DNA of 64,000 nucleotides from Escherichia coli (GTDB lineage Bacteria; Pseudomonadota; Gammaproteobacteria; Enterobacterales; Enterobacteriaceae): NCBI RefSeq assembly GCF_044324875.1, contig NZ_CP172185.1; one strand, 5' to 3'. Shown piece by piece: positions 57,807 to 64,000 of this stretch (position 1 is its first letter; each line of letters starts with the position of its first letter). The notes under the pieces were generated by a model. It saw only the letters and a program-made list of their open reading frames with translations, ran no database searches and was not told where the DNA came from. The position numbers and the translations under genes were made by a program.

Positions 57807-58153
57807 CACACACCCCACACCACAACGAATCCATAAATCACGTAAACCACCAGTGCAACGACAATCACCAGTTGCAGCATCAGGCGCAAGGCCAGCGGTT
57901 TAACGTAGTCGGTCAACACCTGCCACATGCCGATCCAGGCATGAATCAAGATAGAAAACAGCGCCAGCAGGGTGAACACTTTGGTGAACGCAGAGGCGAA
58001 GAAACCGATCCAGACTTCATATGTCAGCTCGCCACTGGTAGCGAAAAAACCGACCATATAAATGATGTAGAGCGTCAGGACGATAGCGGTAGCGCGAACG
58101 AGGATGAAATCATGTACGCCATTGCGTCCTAATGCGGAGGCGTTGCTTACCAT
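57806..58153 (-). CDS. sdhD: Succinate dehydrogenase membrane anchor subunit
   Basis: 115 aa; synteny. Confidence 0.93.
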
Positions 58154-58536
58154 ACGAGGACTCCTGCGAGAAGTGAAAGCACGACAGTAATAACAAAGGA
58201 GATTTTGGCGGAGCGTTTACCCGCTTCGAATGTTTCTTCCAGATAGCCAAAATCCATCATCATGTGGCGAATACCTACGACGACGTGATACGCCAGAGCG
58301 GTAAGGATGCCCCACATGATAAATTTGACGAAGAAGCTGCCCATGATCGCGGAAGCTTGCTCGAAACCTTCAGGGGAAGAGAGGCTGGTACCCAGAAGCC
58401 ACAGCAGGATGCCCACTGCAACAAAGGTGATCACACCGGAAACGCGATGGAGAATGGACGCTATCGCCGTGACGGGGAACCGGATGGTCTGTAGGTCCAG
58501 ATTAACAGGTCTTTGTTTTTTCACATTTCTTATCAT
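58147..58536 (-). CDS. sdhC: Succinate dehydrogenase cytochrome b556 subunit
   Basis: 129 aa from [13 protein letters not shown]. Confidence 0.93.
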
Positions 58537-59244
58537 GAATAACGCCCACATGCTGTTCTTATTATTCCCTGGGGACTACGGGCACAGAGGTTAACTTTCT
58601 GTTACCTGGAGACGTCGGGATTTCCTTCCTCCGGTCTGCTTGCGGGTCAGACAGCGTCCTTTCTATAACTGCGCGTCATGCAAAACACTGCTTCCAGATG
58701 CGAAAACGACACGTTACAACGCTGGGTGGCTCGGGATTGCAGGGTGTTCCGGAGACCTGGCGGCAGTATAGGCCGTTCACAAAATCATTACAATTAACCT
58801 ACATATAGTTTGTCGGGTTTTATCCTGAACAGTGATCCAGGTCACGATAACAACATTTATTTAATTTTTAATCATCTAATTTGACAATCATTCAACAAAG
58901 TTGTTACAAACATTACCAGGAAAAGCATATAATGCGTAAAAGTTATGAAGTCGGTATTTCACCTAAGATTAACTTATGTAACAGTGTGGAAGTATTGACC
59001 AATTCATTCGGGACAGTTATTAGTGGTAGACAAGTTTAATAATTCGGATTGCTAAGTACTTGATTCGCCATTTATTCGTCATCAATGGATCCTTTACCTG
59101 CAAGCGCCCAGAGCTCTGTACCCAGGTTTTCCCCTCTTTCACAGAGCGGCGAGCCAAATAACAAACGGGTAAAGCCAGGTTGATGTGCGAAGGCAAATTT
59201 AAGTTCCGGCAGTCTTACGCAATAAGGCGCTAAGGAGACCTTAA
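58537..59244. promoter_or_regulatory. Divergent sdhC / gltA promoter-control region
   Basis: About 700-bp non-coding interval between divergent genes; individual sites not mapped. Confidence 0.5.
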
Positions 59245-60528
59245 ATGGCTGATACAAAAGCAAAACTCACCCTCAACGGGGACACAGCTGTTGAACTGGA
59301 TGTGCTGAAAGGCACGCTGGGTCAAGATGTTATTGATATCCGTACTCTCGGTTCAAAAGGTGTGTTCACCTTTGACCCTGGCTTCACTTCAACCGCATCC
59401 TGCGAATCTAAAATTACTTTTATTGATGGTGATGAAGGTATTTTGCTGCACCGCGGTTTCCCGATCGATCAGCTGGCGACCGATTCTAACTACCTGGAAG
59501 TTTGTTACATCCTGCTGAATGGTGAAAAACCGACTCAGGAACAGTATGACGAATTTAAAACTACGGTGACCCGTCATACCATGATCCACGAACAGATTAC
59601 CCGTCTGTTCCATGCTTTCCGTCGCGACTCGCATCCAATGGCAGTCATGTGTGGTATTACCGGCGCGCTGGCGGCGTTCTATCACGACTCGCTGGATGTT
59701 AACAATCCTCGTCATCGTGAAATTGCCGCGTTCCGCCTGCTGTCGAAAATGCCGACCATGGCCGCGATGTGTTACAAGTATTCCATTGGTCAGCCATTTG
59801 TTTACCCGCGCAACGATCTCTCCTATGCCGGTAACTTCCTGAATATGATGTTCTCCACGCCGTGCGAACCGTATGAAGTTAATCCGATTCTGGAACGTGC
59901 TATGGACCGTATTTTGATCCTGCACGCTGACCATGAACAGAACGCCTCCACCTCCACCGTGCGTACCGCTGGCTCTTCGGGGGCGAACCCGTTTGCCTGT
60001 ATCGCAGCAGGTATTGCTTCACTGTGGGGACCTGCGCACGGTGGTGCTAACGAAGCGGCGCTGAAAATGCTGGAAGAAATCAGCTCCGTTAAACACATTC
60101 CGGAATTTGTTCGTCGTGCGAAAGACAAAAATGACTCTTTCCGCCTGATGGGCTTCGGGCACCGCGTGTACAAAAATTACGACCCGCGCGCCACCGTAAT
60201 GCGTGAAACCTGCCATGAAGTGCTGAAAGAGCTGGGTACCAAAGATGACCTGCTGGAAGTGGCTATGGAGCTGGAAAACATCGCGCTGAACGACCCGTAC
60301 TTTATCGAGAAGAAACTCTACCCGAACGTCGATTTCTACTCTGGTATCATCCTGAAAGCGATGGGTATTCCGTCTTCCATGTTCACCGTCATTTTCGCAA
60401 TGGCACGTACCGTTGGCTGGATCGCCCACTGGAGCGAAATGCACAGTGACGGTATGAAGATTGCCCGTCCGCGTCAACTGTATACAGGATATGAAAAACG
60501 CGACTTTAAAAGCGACATTAAGCGTTAA
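59245..60528 (+). CDS. gltA: Citrate synthase (type II)
   Basis: 427 aa; [14 protein letters not shown]-terminus. Confidence 0.95.
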   Translation: MADTKAKLTLNGDTAVELDVLKGTLGQDVIDIRTLGSKGVFTFDPGFTSTASCESKITFIDGDEGILLHRGFPIDQLATDSNYLEVCYILLNGEKPTQEQYDEFKTTVTRHTMIHEQITRLFHAFRRDSHPMAVMCGITGALAAFYHDSLDVNNPRHREIAAFRLLSKMPTMAAMCYKYSIGQPFVYPRNDLSYAGNFLNMMFSTPCEPYEVNPILERAMDRILILHADHEQNASTSTVRTAGSSGANPFACIAAGIASLWGPAHGGANEAALKMLEEISSVKHIPEFVRRAKDKNDSFRLMGFGHRVYKNYDPRATVMRETCHEVLKELGTKDDLLEVAMELENIALNDPYFIEKKLYPNVDFYSGIILKAMGIPSSMFTVIFAMARTVGWIAHWSEMHSDGMKIARPRQLYTGYEKRDFKSDIKR

Positions 60529-60556
60529 TGGTTGATTGCTAAGCCGTTTACTTTCC

Positions 60557-60588
60557 GGACCCGCCTTTAATAGAGCGGGTTCTTTTTT
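60557..60588 (+). terminator. Rho-independent terminator after gltA (acccgc…gcgggt plus T-run)
   Basis: Hairpin followed by TCTTTTTTAT. Confidence 0.7.
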
Positions 60589-60917
60589 ATATGGCTGAAC
60601 ATAATAAATTGTAAAAATTAAACCAGATGCAAATACCCATTAATAAGGTGAAAAAATGTGACAAGTCACATACTGAGCAGAATGATAAGTTTATTTTTAT
60701 ACTTTCCTGCCGGTAGCATTTTTAACCCAATGAAAATTATGCATATCCATCCCACCCCATCTTTCATCTCATTAAACAATAAATTTATGCACTCAATTAT
60801 TCCATTCTTTATATAACAAGCTTTTTAATATTGTTAAATAAAACCAAATACATTCAACTGTCAGTTAATATATTCTTGCCTCGCAACACTCTATCTCATT
60901 ATTTAAAGGACTCAGCT

Positions 60918-61484
60918 ATGTTTAAAGGACAAAAAACATTGGCCGCACTGGCCGTATCTCTGCTGTTCACTGCACCTGTTTATGCGGCTGATGAAGGATC
61001 CGGTGAAATTCACTTTAAAGGTGAAGTTATTGAAGCACCGTGTGAAATACATCAGGATGATATTGATAAAGAGGTTGAACTCGGTCAGGTGACCACCAGC
61101 CACATTAATCAGTCGCATCACAGCGATGCCGTTGCTGTCGACCTGCGCTTAGTCAACTGCGATCTGGAAAACTCCAACAACGGTTCCGGCGGCAAGATTT
61201 CTAAAGTTGCAGTCACCTTTGACAGCTCAGCGAAAACCACCGGCGCAGATCCGATTCTCAACAACACCAGCACGGGTGAAGCGACCGGTGTCGGCGTGCG
61301 TTTAATGAATAAAGATCAAAGCAATATCGTTTTAGGCACCGCTACTCCAGATATCGACCTGGCACCAACCTCCAGCGAACAAACGTTAAATTTCTTTGCG
61401 TGGATGGAACAAATTGATCAGGCTACGCCCGTAACACCAGGCGCAGTTACGGCGAATGCAACCTACGTGCTGGATTATAAATAA
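60918..61484 (+). CDS. ybgD: Fimbrial major subunit-like protein
   Basis: 188 aa from MFKGQKTLAALAVSLLFTAPVYA (signal peptide); fimbrin-like C-terminus. Confidence 0.8.
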   Translation: MFKGQKTLAALAVSLLFTAPVYAADEGSGEIHFKGEVIEAPCEIHQDDIDKEVELGQVTTSHINQSHHSDAVAVDLRLVNCDLENSNNGSGGKISKVAVTFDSSAKTTGADPILNNTSTGEATGVGVRLMNKDQSNIVLGTATPDIDLAPTSSEQTLNFFAWMEQIDQATPVTPGAVTANATYVLDYK

Positions 61485-61534
61485 GTATCACTTTGGCGGC
61501 GCTATCGCCGCCTTTCTTCAAATATTTATCAGGT

Positions 61535-63994
61535 ATGGACACCGTGAATATTTATCGACTCTCTTTTATATCCTGCCTGGTCATGGCGATACCTTCCGCA
61601 TTGGCGGTCGAATTCAACCTGAATGTCCTCGATAAATCGATGCGAGATCGCATTGATATTTCATTATTAAAGGAAAAAGGAGTCATTGCTCCCGGTGAAT
61701 ATTTTGTTAGCGTTGCGGTGAATAACAACCAAATCAGTAATGGGCAAAAAATCAACTGGCAAAAAAAGGGTGACAAAACCATTCCATGCATCAATGATTC
61801 ACTGGTCGATAAATTTGGTTTAAAACCAGATATCCGTCAGTCCTTGCCACAGATAGATCGGTGTATTGATTTCAGTTCCCGACCTGAAATGCTCTTCAAT
61901 TTCGATCAAGCCAATCAGCAACTGAATATTAGTATTCCGCAAGCCTGGCTGGCGTGGCACTCAGAAAACTGGGCTCCCCCCTCTACATGGAAAGAAGGTG
62001 TTGCCGGTGTCCTGATGGATTACAACTTGTTTGCCAGCAGCTACCGCCCACAGGACGGCAGCAGCAGCACTAATCTGAATGCCTACGGTACCGCCGGAAT
62101 TAACGCCGGGGCATGGCGCTTACGCAGTGATTACCAGCTTAATAAGACCGATAGCGAAGATAACCATGACCAGTCAGGCGGAATATCGCGCACCTATCTT
62201 TTTCGTCCATTACCGCAATTAGGCTCTAAGTTAACCCTCGGCGAAACCGATTTCAGTTCCAATATTTTCGACGGCTTTTCTTATACCGGCGCGGCACTGG
62301 CAAGTGACGATCGGATGTTACCGTGGGAGCTACGCGGCTACGCCCCACAAATCAGCGGCATTGCACAAACCAACGCCACCGTCACCGTGAGTCACTCAGG
62401 GCGAGTTATTTACCAGAAAAAAGTCCCACCAGGTCCGTTTATCATTGATGACCTTAATCAGTCCGTCCAGGGTACGTTGGATGTCAAAGTGACGGAAGAA
62501 GATGGTCGGGTGAACAATTTCCAGGTTTCGGCAGCATCGACTCCTTTCCTGACTCGCCAGGGACAGGTTCGCTATAAATTGGCCGCGGGTCAGCCACGGC
62601 CCTCCATGTCACATCAAACTGAAAATGAAACCTTTTTTAGCAATGAAGTTTCCTGGGGGATGCTGTCAAATACCTCGCTGTACGGCGGCCTGCTGATTTC
62701 GGGTGACGACTACCATTCTGCCGCAATGGGTATCGGGCAAAATATGCTCTGGCTTGGTGCATTGTCGTTTGATGTCACCTGGGCCAGTAGTCAGTTTGAT
62801 ACTCAGCAGGACGAGCGGGGCTTAAGTTACCGCTTTAATTACAGCAAACAAGTGGATGCCACTAACAGCACGATTTCGCTCGCCGCTTATCGCTTCTCAG
62901 ATCGTCATTTTCACAGCTACGCCAACTATCTGGATCACAAATACAACGACAACGATGCGCAGGACGAAAAACAGACGATCAGCTTATCCGTGGGGCAACC
63001 GATTACCCCACTGAACTTCAATCTGTACGCCAACCTGCTGCATCAAACCTGGTGGAATGCAGACGCCTCCACGACCGCCAACATCACGGCGGGTTTTAAT
63101 GTTGATATTGGTAACTGGAGAGATATCTCGATCTCGACGTCATTCAATACAACCCATTACGAAGATAAAGATCGCGACAATCAGATTTACCTGTCGATTT
63201 CGCTCCCCTTCGGTAACGGGGGGCGGGTCGGTTATGACATGCAAAACAGTAATCACAGCACCACGCACCGCATGTCGTGGAATGATACGTTAGATGAACG
63301 TAATAGCTGGGGCATGTCTACCGGACTGCAATCCGACCGTCCGGATAATGGAGCCCAGGTGAGCGGTAACTATCAGCACCTGAGTTCAGCGGGTGAGTGG
63401 GATATTTCTGGTACCTATGCCGCCAATGATTACAGTTCCGTCAGCAGCAGCTGGAGCGGTTCTTTCACGGCAACTCAATATGGTGCGGCGTTCCATCGTC
63501 GCAGCTCCACCAATGAACCACGCCTGATGGTCAGCACCGATGGCGTGGCAGATATTCCGGTTCAGGGCAATCTCGACTACACCAACCATTTTGGCATTGC
63601 GGTGGTGCCGTTGATTTCCAGTTATCAGCCTTCCACCGTGGCGGTGAACATGAATGATTTACCCGACGGCGTAACAGTGGCAGATAACGTTATCAAAGAA
63701 ACGTGGATTGAAGGCGCGATAGGTTACAAATCACTGGCTTCCCGTTCCGGTAAAGACGTTAACGTCATCATTCGCAACGCCAGCGGTCAGTTCCCTCCCC
63801 TCGGAGCGGATATCCGCCAGGAGGATAGCGGCATTAGCGTGGGGATGGTTGGCGAGGAAGGACACGCCTGGTTAAGCGGAGTCGCTGAAAATCAACAATT
63901 TACCGTGGTCTGGGGTGATAGTCAGCATTGCTCGCTCTATCTTCCTGAACATATGGAAAACACCGCAAATCGACTGATTTTACCTTGTCATTAA
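61535..63994 (+). CDS. ybgQ: Fimbrial usher (outer-membrane assembly platform)
   Basis: About 820-aa usher-like ORF ending 6 nt before the window edge; start codon uncertain (ATG at 61535, or the GTG at 61544 three codons downstream, which gives 816 aa). Confidence 0.7.
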   Translation: MDTVNIYRLSFISCLVMAIPSALAVEFNLNVLDKSMRDRIDISLLKEKGVIAPGEYFVSVAVNNNQISNGQKINWQKKGDKTIPCINDSLVDKFGLKPDIRQSLPQIDRCIDFSSRPEMLFNFDQANQQLNISIPQAWLAWHSENWAPPSTWKEGVAGVLMDYNLFASSYRPQDGSSSTNLNAYGTAGINAGAWRLRSDYQLNKTDSEDNHDQSGGISRTYLFRPLPQLGSKLTLGETDFSSNIFDGFSYTGAALASDDRMLPWELRGYAPQISGIAQTNATVTVSHSGRVIYQKKVPPGPFIIDDLNQSVQGTLDVKVTEEDGRVNNFQVSAASTPFLTRQGQVRYKLAAGQPRPSMSHQTENETFFSNEVSWGMLSNTSLYGGLLISGDDYHSAAMGIGQNMLWLGALSFDVTWASSQFDTQQDERGLSYRFNYSKQVDATNSTISLAAYRFSDRHFHSYANYLDHKYNDNDAQDEKQTISLSVGQPITPLNFNLYANLLHQTWWNADASTTANITAGFNVDIGNWRDISISTSFNTTHYEDKDRDNQIYLSISLPFGNGGRVGYDMQNSNHSTTHRMSWNDTLDERNSWGMSTGLQSDRPDNGAQVSGNYQHLSSAGEWDISGTYAANDYSSVSSSWSGSFTATQYGAAFHRRSSTNEPRLMVSTDGVADIPVQGNLDYTNHFGIAVVPLISSYQPSTVAVNMNDLPDGVTVADNVIKETWIEGAIGYKSLASRSGKDVNVIIRNASGQFPPLGADIRQEDSGISVGMVGEEGHAWLSGVAENQQFTVVWGDSQHCSLYLPEHMENTANRLILPCH

Positions 63995-64000
63995 TTAAGG

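Noticed and set aside
56139-57836. 565-aa plus-strand ORF
   Set aside because: Lies entirely antisense to sdhA, a highly conserved gene with a clear FAD-binding N-terminus. Long antisense ORFs are common in GC-rich coding DNA and this one has no recognisable motif.

Overview
This window reads as an Escherichia coli chromosomal segment, in reverse orientation relative to the K-12 map, running from the 3' end of ybhC to the ybgD-ybgQ fimbrial genes. Most of it is conserved core backbone in K-12 order: ybhJ-ybhI-ybhH/ybhD, pgl, ybhA, modCBA/acrZ/modEF, galETKM, gpmA, aroG, ybgS, zitB, pnuC-nadA, the seven-gene lysT tRNA operon, cpoB-pal-tolBARQ-ybgC, ybgE-cydX-cydBA, then sucDCBA, sdhBADC and gltA. 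The exception is about 13 kb between cydA and sucD (roughly 35.1-48.2 kb), where K-12 carries mngR-mngA-mngB. Here that position holds two AT-rich ORFans followed by a tightly coupled operon for coenzyme-B12-dependent glutamate mutase (glmS-glmL-glmE), 3-methylaspartate ammonia-lyase, a DUF1446/DUF4387-like pair of unknown function, a dicarboxylate/amino-acid:cation symporter, a class I fumarase paralogue (FumD-type mesaconase), a BtuR/CobO-type corrinoid adenosyltransferase paralogue and a LysR regulator. This is the methylaspartate (mesaconate) branch of glutamate fermentation as described for E. coli O157:H7-like strains, where the fate of the citramalate product is unresolved; the DUF pair is the best candidate for the undescribed part. 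Other points worth a second look are an apparent +1 frameshift near the 3' end of nadA, tRNA-Lys 3'-end fragments inside the lysT operon spacers, and a perfect palindrome upstream of the island's LysR gene. All assignments are by reading the translations and motifs by eye and from recalled K-12 gene order and lengths; no database search or computation was run.
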